DNA of 64,000 nt, from IMG/VR virus record IMGVR_UViG_3300017528_000567, positions 186,001-250,000 of that record. The stretch is one strand, 5' to 3'. The notes under the pieces are model-generated. The model was not told the origin of the DNA and searched no databases. It saw only the letters and a list, made by a program, of their open reading frames with translations. A program made the position numbers and the translations under genes. The first letter of the stretch is position 1. Each line of letters opens with the position of its first letter. This document shows, one piece after another, positions 28,199 through 37,134 of this stretch.

Positions 28199-31100
28199 TC
28201 ATTCGGTCACGGGACGCGAAGCGAATTGGCGCCTGATCACACTCACGAACTCCTCAACAATCAATGGCTTCGTGAGGTACGCCACAAAGCCAGCCCGCAC
28301 TCCTCGCTGTTTATCGCGCTCCGATACAGCTGCCGAAATCGCAATCACCGGCACATGTTGCGTCTTTGGGTCATTACGAAGTTCGTAGAGCGCCTCAAGC
28401 CCCGACATTCCCGGCAGGTTGATATCCATGAGTATCACATCCAACCTGTGAGCCCGAGCGATCTCGAGGCCAAGCTCACCGGTCGTCGCAGTCAGCAACG
28501 CAACATCTTCAAAAAAGTTGCTTACCAAGTCCTGCATGAGCACGAGATTGGCAGGGTTATCCTCCACATAAAGGATGCGCCGTGCGTTCACCGACGCAAC
28601 TTTTGACTGCAGTGGGCGGTCCTGTAAGCGACTTCGGTCGTCAGGAGACGCGATCGGGATGTCAACCCAAAACTCCGAGCCCTCACCGAGCACACTGCGA
28701 AAGCCCACCTCGCCGTGCATGAGTTGCACCAACCGTTTTGCAACGAACAGACCGACGCCCGTGCCTTCGATCACTCCCGCTTCCTGTCCAGCGCGTTGGA
28801 AGGCTTGGAAGAGTTTGTCTTGCTTATCTTTCGGAATACCGCAGCCCGTATCCGATACGGCGAGTCGCACGTGGTTCGCATCCACAACCGAGAGGTGCAG
28901 CCCGACTTTGCCCCCAGGCCGATTGTACTTGATCGCGTTCGTAGCGAAGTTCATCACGATTTGATTAAGGCGTGTGCGGTCGGCAGCCACCAACGGCAAC
29001 TTCTCGGGAGCGGGTTCCAGAGTGATCGTGATGTCGGACTGAGCTGCCAACGGCTCAAGCGTAGGCATCAGCTCTTCCATGGCATCGTACGCGCTCGTCG
29101 GTTCGATAGACATCGACATGCCCCCCGATTCGATCCGCGACAAGTCCAAAATGTCCTCGATCAAGCGCAGCAAGTGCTCGCCGCCTTTGAGCACGTGTTG
29201 AGCTCGCTCGCGTTGGCGTTCAGGCAGCGGCGTCTTCCTGTCTTGCAACAAGAGCTGGGTGAACCCCAGGATGGAATTGAGCGGCGTACGCAGCTCGTGG
29301 CTCACTAGCGAGAGAAACTCGCTCTTGGCTCTGCTTGAAGCTTCGGCGATGGCGTGCGCCTCACGCAGTTCCTCGGCTCGCTTGCGATCACTCAGGTCCA
29401 ATACAAAGCAGATACCCTCGTCGCCGGTGCCATCGCGCAGAGCGCCACCCATCAAGACCGGGATCCGGTGGCCGTCCTTGTGGACGAATTCTTGCTCGTA
29501 CACGGGAATCACTCCCGTGCGCCGACACTGCTCCGCCACAAGAGCGCCTTGCTCCCAATACTCCGGAGGCGTGAAGTCACGCCAGCTGAGTTGTCCGGAG
29601 GCCAGTTCCTCGCGCGAGTATCCGATCATCTCCGCGAACGAAGCATTGGCATCCAAGATCGTCCCTTCATAGTTGCCCGTGACAACGCCGAAAATCCCAG
29701 ACTCAACCAGTCTTTGGAAGCGGGACTCACTATGGCGCAGCGCGGTTTCTACACGTAGGCGTTCGGCTGTTTCAGCTTCAGCAACTGCATGCGCCCCGCG
29801 CAACTGCTCTGCCCGCTTGCGATCGGTCAGATCCAGCACAAAGCAGATGCCCTCGCTCCCAGCGTCGTCAGTCAGGGCAGAGCCGATCAGGACGGAGATT
29901 CGGCGGCCGTCTTTATGGATAAATTCTTTCTCGTACGCCGGATGCGATCTCGTACTGGAGGCCCGAGACAGCTTAATCACACTCGCATCTAGCTCCCGAT
30001 ACTCTCTGGGTGTGAGGTCGTCCCAGCGCATTTGTCCGGAGGCCAAATCGTCTCGCGAGAAACCGAGCAGATTCAGAAACGCATCATTGGCATCCAGGAT
30101 GTCTCCTTGCGTGCCCGCCGTGAAAATGCCGATGATCCCGCTGGCACCGAGCCTTTCGAAACGCGCCTCACTCTGGTGGAGCGCAGCTTCGATGCGCTTA
30201 AACCCAGTTAGGTCCAGCACGAAGCATGTGCCCTGTGCAGCGTCCTCGATCTGAGCCCCACCGATCAAAACGGGTACTCGGTGGCCGTCTTTGTGTAGAT
30301 ATTCCTTCTCGTACACGGGAATCACACCCGTGCTCTGACATCGCTCCACCATCAGCGCATCTTGCGCCCGCAACTCCTGTGGCGTGATTTGATCCCAGCG
30401 TATCTGGCCAGAGGTGTAATCCTCTCGCGAGTAACCAAGCATATCCAGGAACGCCCCATTAACATCCAGGATGTTCCCCTTGAGGTCGCCCGTAATGATC
30501 CCGATGATCCCGGACTCGGCGAGTCTTTGAAAACGCCGTTCACTCTTGCGTAGCTCGAGCTCGGCGCGCTTACGTTCGGCCTCCACACGCTTGCGGTCGC
30601 TCAGGTCCAAGACGAAACAAACACCCTCATCGGGGTCGTCGTCGATCTGGGCACCGCCAATCAAGACAGGGACTCGGCTGCCGTCCTTGTGGAAGTACTC
30701 TTTCTCGTACACGGGAGCCACTCTCGTGTCCCGACAGGCCGCCGTCACACGCGCATCCTGCTCCCAGAACTCCGGAGGCGTGAGTCGATCCCAACGGAGC
30801 GATCCAGAGGCCACATCCTCTCGCGAATAGCCGAGCATCTCCAAGAATGCGGCGTTGGCTTCCACGATTGTGCCGTCATATCCGGCGGTGATAATCCCGA
30901 TGACTCCGGCCTCAGCCAGTCTGTGGAAGCGCGACTCGCTCCTACGGAGCGCAGTTTCGGTCCGCTTGTGCTCCCTCAGGTCGAGAACACAGCTGATAGC
31001 CTCGCGCCCCTGCCCAGGCTCATCAAGCACCGCAGAACCAATCAGAACTGGGACTCGGCTGCCGTCCTTGTGGAAGTACTCTTTCTCGTACCCGTGAAGT

Positions 31101-31960
31101 ACTCCCGTGCGCTCTAATTGTTCGCGCGCACGATCGTCTCTCTCCCAATACTCCGGAGGCGTGAGCCGCCTCCCGCCAAGTCGGCAGAATTCCTCCCGCG
31201 AGTAACCCAGCATCGTCACGAACGCCTCATTGACATCCACGATGTTCCGATCCAGGTCGGCCGACACGATGCCAAGAATCCCCGCATCGGCCAGTCGCTT
31301 GAAGCGTCTTTTACTCTTGACGAGCTCCGCTTCTACGCGCTGACGTTCAGCGATTTCTGCCTCAGCAATCGCTTGCGCCTTCTTGACCTCCTCAGCGCGC
31401 TTCTGACCACTCAGGTCCAGGACAATGCAGATGGCTTCGTCCGCGGTACTGTCGAGATGGGCACCACCGATCAATACTGGGATTCGCCGGCCGTCTTTAT
31501 GTACGAGTTCTTTCTCGTACGGGAGGACCACGCCTGTGCCCCGGCCGTCCGCCTTCACCCTCATGTCCCGGTCCAATAACTCCGGAGGAGTCAGCCGGTC
31601 CCAACGGATTTTCCGCGAGATCAGTTCGTCTCGCGAGTAACCAACCATACCCAGAAAAGCGGCATTCGCCTCTAGGATGGTCATTTGAGAGTTGGTCGTG
31701 AAAATGCCGATGAGCCCGGTATCGGCGAGGCGCTGGAACCGCAACTCGCTCTTACGGAGCGCTGCTTCTACGCGCTCGCGTTCGGCGATTTCGGCCTGCA
31801 GAGCGGCCTCCAGTCGTTTACACTCGAGGGTCTGTGCCGTCAATCGTGACAGCTCTAGTTGAGGGTCGCAGGCCCCTGGTTCAGTACCCATGTGTCTCTT
31901 TACATGCTCATGACTGCGCTCGTCCAGTGCATGTTTCGATCGGCTTATCAAAAACCACAA
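28199..31960 (-). CDS. Hybrid sensor histidine kinase (6 PAS, HisKA, HATPase, REC)
   Basis: Six TPxE..YEKE..HKDG-type repeats plus the same kinase/receiver motifs; start uncertain. Confidence 0.95.
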   Translation of the reverse strand: MWFLISRSKHALDERSHEHVKRHMGTEPGACDPQLELSRLTAQTLECKRLEAALQAEIAERERVEAALRKSELRFQRLADTGLIGIFTTNSQMTILEANAAFLGMVGYSRDELISRKIRWDRLTPPELLDRDMRVKADGRGTGVVLPYEKELVHKDGRRIPVLIGGAHLDSTADEAICIVLDLSGQKRAEEVKKAQAIAEAEIAERQRVEAELVKSKRRFKRLADAGILGIVSADLDRNIVDVNEAFVTMLGYSREEFCRLGGRRLTPPEYWERDDRAREQLERTGVLHGYEKEYFHKDGSRVPVLIGSAVLDEPGQGREAISCVLDLREHKRTETALRRSESRFHRLAEAGVIGIITAGYDGTIVEANAAFLEMLGYSREDVASGSLRWDRLTPPEFWEQDARVTAACRDTRVAPVYEKEYFHKDGSRVPVLIGGAQIDDDPDEGVCFVLDLSDRKRVEAERKRAELELRKSERRFQRLAESGIIGIITGDLKGNILDVNGAFLDMLGYSREDYTSGQIRWDQITPQELRAQDALMVERCQSTGVIPVYEKEYLHKDGHRVPVLIGGAQIEDAAQGTCFVLDLTGFKRIEAALHQSEARFERLGASGIIGIFTAGTQGDILDANDAFLNLLGFSRDDLASGQMRWDDLTPREYRELDASVIKLSRASSTRSHPAYEKEFIHKDGRRISVLIGSALTDDAGSEGICFVLDLTDRKRAEQLRGAHAVAEAETAERLRVETALRHSESRFQRLVESGIFGVVTGNYEGTILDANASFAEMIGYSREELASGQLSWRDFTPPEYWEQGALVAEQCRRTGVIPVYEQEFVHKDGHRIPVLMGGALRDGTGDEGICFVLDLSDRKRAEELREAHAIAEASSRAKSEFLSLVSHELRTPLNSILGFTQLLLQDRKTPLPERQRERAQHVLKGGEHLLRLIEDILDLSRIESGGMSMSIEPTSAYDAMEELMPTLEPLAAQSDITITLEPAPEKLPLVAADRTRLNQIVMNFATNAIKYNRPGGKVGLHLSVVDANHVRLAVSDTGCGIPKDKQDKLFQAFQRAGQEAGVIEGTGVGLFVAKRLVQLMHGEVGFRSVLGEGSEFWVDIPIASPDDRSRLQDRPLQSKVASVNARRILYVEDNPANLVLMQDLVSNFFEDVALLTATTGELGLEIARAHRLDVILMDINLPGMSGLEALYELRNDPKTQHVPVIAISAAVSERDKQRGVRAGFVAYLTKPLIVEEFVSVIRRQFASRPVTE

Positions 31961-32067
31961 GCACTACAGACGCTTGTGGCCGCTGTAGCTAGCCACCGTC
32001 CCGCGACGCACTCATGACACCCAGCGGAGCCGCGGCCCCATTGTTCTTTTTCTGCCGTCTCTGAAGC

Positions 32068-32598
32068 GTGAGCCACTCCGCGCGAAAAGTCTTGGCCAGA
32101 TTTCTTGCTGCCGACCTGCAACCACCGCTAGGCGATCCGGGTGGCCCATGTCAAGTGGTTCGGCGGATTCGAGACGAAGTACTCTCCCCGGCACTACAAA
32201 AGCACCTAATAGACGAGGTCGAACACGGAGACGACCTCTCTAACCCGGAGGCAGCCAAGATCTATCAGCTCGATCGTGAGCCCGGCGCGGGCTTCATCAG
32301 GCAGCTCCTGATTGGCCCCCACGCTCAATACCGAATGGACCTCCGGTCAGTTACGGTCGACGATGTACGGAGCGCATTGGGTATGTTCAACAAACAGCTC
32401 GAAGAGCACCTGACCCGAAACCCCAAGCTGCACACACAGCTCACGACAAAGCTGACGTACGGCGACGAAATTCGTTTTGAGAGCCCCTCCGGCCTCACCG
32501 TGGTTTTCGCCATGAAGAGCGCGGGCGCGATGATCATCACGACATTCTGGGACGGGATCCCGGACCCGCGGATGCCATCGCAAGGTTGCCCGACCTAG
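32068..32598 (+). CDS. Hypothetical protein (KVLARFLAA N-terminus)
   Basis: TTTCTG-N13-GTG. Confidence 0.65.
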   Translation: MSHSARKVLARFLAADLQPPLGDPGGPCQVVRRIRDEVLSPALQKHLIDEVEHGDDLSNPEAAKIYQLDREPGAGFIRQLLIGPHAQYRMDLRSVTVDDVRSALGMFNKQLEEHLTRNPKLHTQLTTKLTYGDEIRFESPSGLTVVFAMKSAGAMIITTFWDGIPDPRMPSQGCPT

Positions 32599-32801
32599 CG
32601 CGGCGGCAAGACAATCCGAGCAAGGTGCTTGACCCAGTCCCCCTCGATGCGCTTCTCCACCGCGTCCTTCCGGACCACGATGTCGATCGTATGGGCGTCC
32701 TGGACCCTCGGGTCAGCCCCGAGGCTCCGGACCATGAGCTCGAACAGGTCATCGCCGAGCGCAACGCGCAAGAGATAGATTTGCTGCTCAGTCGCTTCCA
32801 T
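32595..32801 (-). CDS. Small hypothetical protein
   Basis: MEATEQQ... portion of ORF 32595..32966. Confidence 0.45.
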   Translation of the reverse strand: MEATEQQIYLLRVALGDDLFELMVRSLGADPRVQDAHTIDIVVRKDAVEKRIEGDWVKHLARIVLPPR

Positions 32802-32803
32802 GC

Positions 32804-33274
32804 TCACCGGAGATTGAAGAAGTACAGAAACGCAGCCCACCCCGACTCCAGCAACTGCGGCGCCGTATCCTGCTCCCTGAACTTCCGACCGTGCCGGACC
32901 GCCATCTCCAGCATGAATTTCGCGTGGAAAAATGCCTCGACCATCGGCCGAGCTCGCTCTAGCCAATTCTCGTTATGGCACCACTCGAACGTGTGCCCGA
33001 TGCCCCGCTGATATATCTCGAGAAAGAAGGGATTGAGCGTGGCGTCGGGAGCGAGCGCCTGCAGCGCCTCGACGATCTCTACCGTGTACGGCTGAATCTT
33101 ATAGACCTTGAAGCTCTGGTGGTAGAACCGATACACGTGATCTTCGTAGATCCACCCATCATCGATACGCCTATACAGCTCCTCCAGCTGCGGGAGATGA
33201 TCCCGCAGGCGAAAAAACAGGATGGATTGGGTCGTCGGATTATGAGTAGCGGCTTCTGGCTGGTCCATAGTCAT
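32804..33274 (-). CDS. Hypothetical protein
   Basis: YRFYHQSFKVY, EAFFHAKF, SGWAAFLY conserved-looking blocks. Confidence 0.7.
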   Translation of the reverse strand: MTMDQPEAATHNPTTQSILFFRLRDHLPQLEELYRRIDDGWIYEDHVYRFYHQSFKVYKIQPYTVEIVEALQALAPDATLNPFFLEIYQRGIGHTFEWCHNENWLERARPMVEAFFHAKFMLEMAVRHGRKFREQDTAPQLLESGWAAFLYFFNLR

Positions 33275-33295
33275 CCGAATGAGCCTTCACTACGT

Positions 33296-33370
33296 CAGAG
33301 CCCAGTGCGGGGCACGATCCCGCATCACCGGGGTACAAATCCGGTGCACTGCCTATTGTGCTAACTGGGC
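33296..33370 (-). tRNA. tRNA-Thr(TGT)
   Basis: GCCCAGT/ACTGGGC acceptor, loop TTTGTAC. Confidence 0.8.
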
Positions 33371-33378
33371 AAACTTCT

Positions 33379-33780
33379 TCACTCCCCAGAGTCACAGACT
33401 CGGCACCACAAGCCGCATACCCGTCCCATCACTCTATTGTAGAGAGCGTGCTTTGCCGGGTCCAACTCGTTGTCTGTGATGGCTGACTCCAGAAGTGTTG
33501 TCAGCTGCTTCCTGACCCGGTCTAGGCTTGTGTGCTCGGTATCGACAAACACGCCTTGAGGCGTCTGCACGATCGTGAACTCCCCCCATCCGACTCCGCT
33601 CTCAGAGTGCTGCAACACTACGGCAAGCCGTTCGGGCTCGACCTGCCCCCTATATTGCCCGGCCTTGGGGACACCCTCTTTGTAATACGCATGTTGCAGC
33701 CGCGCTCGTGTTGGCAAACCATCCAAGAGTTCTCGAAAGCTTGTCCTCATATCGGCAATCCCTATTTCGTGGTCGTTCAC
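33379..33780 (-). CDS. Hypothetical protein, paralog A (start approximate)
   Basis: Similar to 33777..34145. Confidence 0.65.
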   Translation of the reverse strand: MNDHEIGIADMRTSFRELLDGLPTRARLQHAYYKEGVPKAGQYRGQVEPERLAVVLQHSESGVGWGEFTIVQTPQGVFVDTEHTSLDRVRKQLTTLLESAITDNELDPAKHALYNRVMGRVCGLWCRVCDSGE

Positions 33781-34145
33781 TCTTCCGGGAAACAGACGCG
33801 ACACCGCGGGCCGCATCCGCGCTTCATGACTTCATTGTAGAGAGCGTGCTTCTCGGGGTCTTGATCATTGTCCGTGATGGCTGAGTCTACTAGCGCCGCC
33901 AGGTATTTCTTGACCCGCTCTGAGCTCATACACTCCGTGTTGAGAAACACGCCTTGAGCGGTTTGCTTGATCGTGATCTCGCCGAAACCGAAGCCACTCT
34001 CGCTGAACTGGAGCCCGACCACAACCATCTCCGGCGGAGTGTCCCACTCTCGCCCCCCGTCCTTGGGTACGCCCGCCTTGCTATCGGCGTAGCACAACGA
34101 CACATGGGTTGGCAGACCCTTCAGAACCTCTATAAAATCAGGCAT
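33777..34145 (-). CDS. Hypothetical protein, paralog B
   Basis: SESGFGFGE...SAITDN..DPEKHALYN..CGPRCRVC. Confidence 0.7.
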   Translation of the reverse strand: MPDFIEVLKGLPTHVSLCYADSKAGVPKDGGREWDTPPEMVVVGLQFSESGFGFGEITIKQTAQGVFLNTECMSSERVKKYLAALVDSAITDNDQDPEKHALYNEVMKRGCGPRCRVCFPEE

Positions 34146-34220
34146 GGTCGCTCCGTCGGGTAACGATCCCGCAGCCTTGCCACCTTATGAGAGTGGGGCA
34201 CCCACCATGGGCGCGGAGCG
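34145..34220 (-). tRNA. tRNA-Met/Ile2(CAT), reduced D arm
   Basis: CGCTCCG/CGGAGCG acceptor, loop CTCATAA, CCA. Confidence 0.75.
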
Positions 34221-34221
34221 A

Positions 34222-34297
34222 TGGTAGCGACGAGAGGATTTGAACCTCCACTAAACACGGCCTAAACGTGTCGCCTCTGCCGTTGGGCTACGTCGCC
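34222..34297 (-). tRNA. tRNA-Leu(TAG), short variable arm
   Basis: Loop TTTAGGC, CCA. Confidence 0.82.
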
Positions 34298-34317
34298 AAA
34301 CAATCACAATCACTTCT

Positions 34318-34453
34318 TAGAGGCCGCCCGTGGAGTCGAACCACTGACTTGTAAGAGCGATGCGGTGTCCCCTCGCGGGAACGAGTTCATCACTCTGGGA
34401 GCTTGCGCTCCAGCTCCGTAGGCTGGCGGGGAACCGATCCCCTGTAGGCGGCC
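34318..34453 (-). ncRNA. Expanded tRNA-like RNA
   Basis: GGCCGCCT/GGGCGGCC acceptor, GTGG-TTCGACT-CCAC T arm, multi-hairpin middle domain. Confidence 0.7.
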
Positions 34454-34462
34454 AAGACTTCG

Positions 34463-34601
34463 TTCTCGCTCGAGTGCCGGACCTGGTTAGCTTGTATGCC
34501 TGGTTAATAGCCGGGTGCGAGTACCATCTCGCGTTCATAGGGCTTGCGCCTTATGTCAGGATTCGAACCTGTGCGTGTAAGGTCATGCTAGTGAACGAGA
34601 A
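34463..34601 (-). ncRNA. YrlA-like (circularly permuted tRNA-mimic) RNA
   Basis: Paired termini TTCTCGTTC/GAGCGAGAA; order T arm, GCAA-capped acceptor-like stem, D-like arm. Confidence 0.7.
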
Positions 34602-34602
34602 C

Positions 34603-34715
34603 TGGTGGGGCCTGAAAGAGTCGAACTTTCAAGGTCTTGTGGGCACTCGAGAGGGATCCTTGCAGACCCGAGGTACTAGTGCCGTGTCAGTAGGCGGCCA
34701 CCCGCCAAAAGCCCC
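34603..34715 (-). ncRNA. Expanded tRNA-like RNA with CCA end
   Basis: GGGGCTT/AGGCCCC-ACCA, GAAAG-TTCGACT-CTTTC, long bulged stem instead of an anticodon arm. Confidence 0.7.
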
Positions 34716-34931
34716 ATGTGACCGTCTTTCCGGCCTGTCACTCAACTCGCTCGATGCCACTCTAGATAGAGGGTGACACAAGCTAACTCCTTGCGTGCTT
34801 GCTACACAGCCGGTGCCGAACAGGACAACCGACAGCGCAATCAATGCGTTCATCTCTATAACTCCGTCGCGCCACAGTGCCATCCCTTCATACACCGAAA
34901 GATCACAAAACCGCGCGACGCACCAAAAAAG

Positions 34932-36098
34932 TCACTTCATCTGAGCAGCCGCGGCTTGCAGAACCGCACGCGTGTCATCTGAAATTCCCGTCAGTTTCTG
35001 CACCATCCACTCAAGAATGACTTTGCCCTTCTGCATGCGCGTGAGGACCTTGGAGCCACCTTGATAGAAGTACTCGCCAAAAACCGCGTTCAGCAGGCGT
35101 TTGCCGCCAAGTCTCACGGAGATCAGCGCCACAGTATCGTGCTCACCCAACACAACAGGCTTGCCATTGAGAACGAGCGTGACCTGATACCCATCCTTGT
35201 TATACGCGCCAGCCTTGGGGTCATTGTAATGACCGGGCTCCGGCCCAAAAGTCGCCACATGCAGCTTGAGCTCGACAACCTGCTTGCGGCCCGCCACTGC
35301 TGGCGCGTCACCGGCAACTTGGCCGGACTCTACTAGCCAGTGCTTGAGAGAGATCTCTGGGCTGGCCGGCAGTTTCTCGGAGAGGCTCCAGCCTCTCGCA
35401 TCCCGCACCTTGGAGTTGAAGCGCCCGTTGTACTCGAAGTCGCCGGTCGGTAGCCCGAACGCCGTCGAGATCTGGCGATGCAGCCACGCCGGGTTACTCT
35501 GCTCGTCCTTCTTGATCGGCAGCTTGTGTGTCTGCATATCCCAGACATCACGCCGCCCACCGCCGCCAACGTAGTAGTCACTTCTTGAGACATGGACAGC
35601 AACCACAAACACATGCTGGTCAGCCGTTCGCCCATAGTACGCATACGCGTGTCGCGAGAACGATGACTCGTCACCCGAGTAGCCCCCCTTATCCCGCTGT
35701 GTCGCGGTCGTGAACTGCCACTCCACCCCACCCGGGATACCAGCGCCAGCTCGGGCCTGCTCCCAAGTGACCACCACATCCTTCGGCGGCGTCCACTGCT
35801 GCCGTGGTGGCGCATCATCAGCCCACGAAGGTTCTGTCTGCGGGACTGGCTGTGATGACCCCGGATCCTCACGGTACAGAGGCTGAGGCTTTTTCGGAAA
35901 GAGCAGATCGTACGCCCGATTGACCTCTTGCATCGCGAAGGTAGAACCGCCGCTATCGGGGTGCACATCGCGTAGCTTCGACCGAACCGCTTTCTTAGCG
36001 TCTGCCTCGGTCGGTGCGTCGTGAGGCCCGAAACCAAGCAAAGCCAGAGCTTCCTGCCTGGTCATCGTGATTCGAGCTTCGCGAAAATCGTACGTCAT
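34932..36098 (-). CDS. Protein with N-terminal DnaJ-like J domain
   Basis: ALALLGF...RDVHPDSGGS...EVNRAYDLL; starts MTYDFR. Confidence 0.75.
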   Translation of the reverse strand: MTYDFREARITMTRQEALALLGFGPHDAPTEADAKKAVRSKLRDVHPDSGGSTFAMQEVNRAYDLLFPKKPQPLYREDPGSSQPVPQTEPSWADDAPPRQQWTPPKDVVVTWEQARAGAGIPGGVEWQFTTATQRDKGGYSGDESSFSRHAYAYYGRTADQHVFVVAVHVSRSDYYVGGGGRRDVWDMQTHKLPIKKDEQSNPAWLHRQISTAFGLPTGDFEYNGRFNSKVRDARGWSLSEKLPASPEISLKHWLVESGQVAGDAPAVAGRKQVVELKLHVATFGPEPGHYNDPKAGAYNKDGYQVTLVLNGKPVVLGEHDTVALISVRLGGKRLLNAVFGEYFYQGGSKVLTRMQKGKVILEWMVQKLTGISDDTRAVLQAAAAQMK

Positions 36099-36283
36099 AC
36101 GTTGGAGCCTCAGAAGCGCAGTAGGCGGCCAAAGAAGGGGTGGCGCGCCCGACTCCCCAGGTTGAGCTCTAGCGCTACACCGGAGCGCGCAGAGCTCGAC
36201 CTGTTCAGGTCGATCCAACAATAGAAAAGCGGTGGAGGGCCGCAGCCTGTTGCGTAATTTGGAAGCGCCGCAGCGACGCAGGA

Positions 36284-36790
36284 CTAGGTCAAGTCAACGC
36301 GTCGATTGAAAGGCTGCGATCGCCAAGCCCCAAAGAGCCCAAACTCTCGCGCCTGGCGGACGGCTGGGACGAGATGCAACCAAGCTTCGTAGGGCATGGA
36401 TCCCCGCATATAGTTACATCTCAAGCAGGCGGGCAGGACGTTGGCTCGAGTATGCGCCAGCGAGTTGTCGATACGGTCAAGAGTGATCCGCATCTCGGTC
36501 TCACCACAATAGCAGCACCCCTGCCTAATCAACGCGGCCACAAAATCGCGATTCAGATCGTTACCCGGCCTACCGCGCTTCTTGTCAGAACTTCTAGAAT
36601 CCGTAACCAGAACCACAACAGGATGGTTAGCTCTGTACCGAGCATCTTTTTTGCTTCGCGCCTCCGGATGGAGAGCCCTTTTGCGCTGCGTACGGCAATT
36701 GCTACACGTCCTCCGTCGGTACCCAGAGGACGAAAGGTCAAAGCCGGACAACGGCTTCTCAACCTGACAAACTCTACAGACCCTTGTCAT
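36284..36790 (-). CDS. HNH endonuclease
   Basis: CRVC, CSNC, CCYCG, LDRIDNSLAHTRANVLPACLRCN. Confidence 0.85.
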   Translation of the reverse strand: MTRVCRVCQVEKPLSGFDLSSSGYRRRTCSNCRTQRKRALHPEARSKKDARYRANHPVVVLVTDSRSSDKKRGRPGNDLNRDFVAALIRQGCCYCGETEMRITLDRIDNSLAHTRANVLPACLRCNYMRGSMPYEAWLHLVPAVRQAREFGLFGAWRSQPFNRRVDLT

Positions 36791-36793
36791 CGT

Positions 36794-36930
36794 TAGTGGG
36801 GGATGAAGGAGTCGAACCTTCTATGCTTGAAAGCACCCGAAAGGGTTCCCGACGACTGCCGAAAACGAGTGTGCGGTGCTGGTCGATGCTTTCGATTTAC
36901 CGTCGAAGTGGGGCCAACCCCCAACCCCCC
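36794..36930 (-). ncRNA. Expanded tRNA-like RNA
   Basis: GGGGGGT/ATCCCCC acceptor, GAAGG-TTCGACT-CCTTC, GAAAGCA/TGCTTTC stem. Confidence 0.68.
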
Positions 36931-36947
36931 AATGGACCGAGTCCCTG

Positions 36948-37016
36948 ACTGCCGCGCCGTCGTTCGACCCAGGTACTCGGCGGAGCTGGGCAACTCTTTG
37001 GCGACGTGGCAGCACC
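36948..37016 (-). ncRNA. Hairpin RNA with Y-RNA-like bulged helix
   Basis: GTTG-CCCAG pairs with CTGGG-T-CGAAC; begins 9 nt after GGTGTA. Confidence 0.45.
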
Positions 37017-37044
37017 TCAGCGAGCTACACCACTAGGGTGCCGC

Positions 37045-37117
37045 AGTGCGGGTAGAGGGAATTGAACCCTCACCTCATGCTTGGCAAGCATGCGTTCGAC
37101 CGTTGAACTATACCCGC
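37045..37117 (-). tRNA. tRNA-Gly(GCC)
   Basis: Loop TTGCCAA. Confidence 0.9.
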
Positions 37118-37134
37118 GAAACTACTGCCACTAC

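Noticed and set aside
36794-36930. tmRNA (GGGG start, TTCGACGG, T arm)
   Set aside because: Only about 137 nt, no G3-U70 pair and no tag ORF; 34603-34715 fails the same tests
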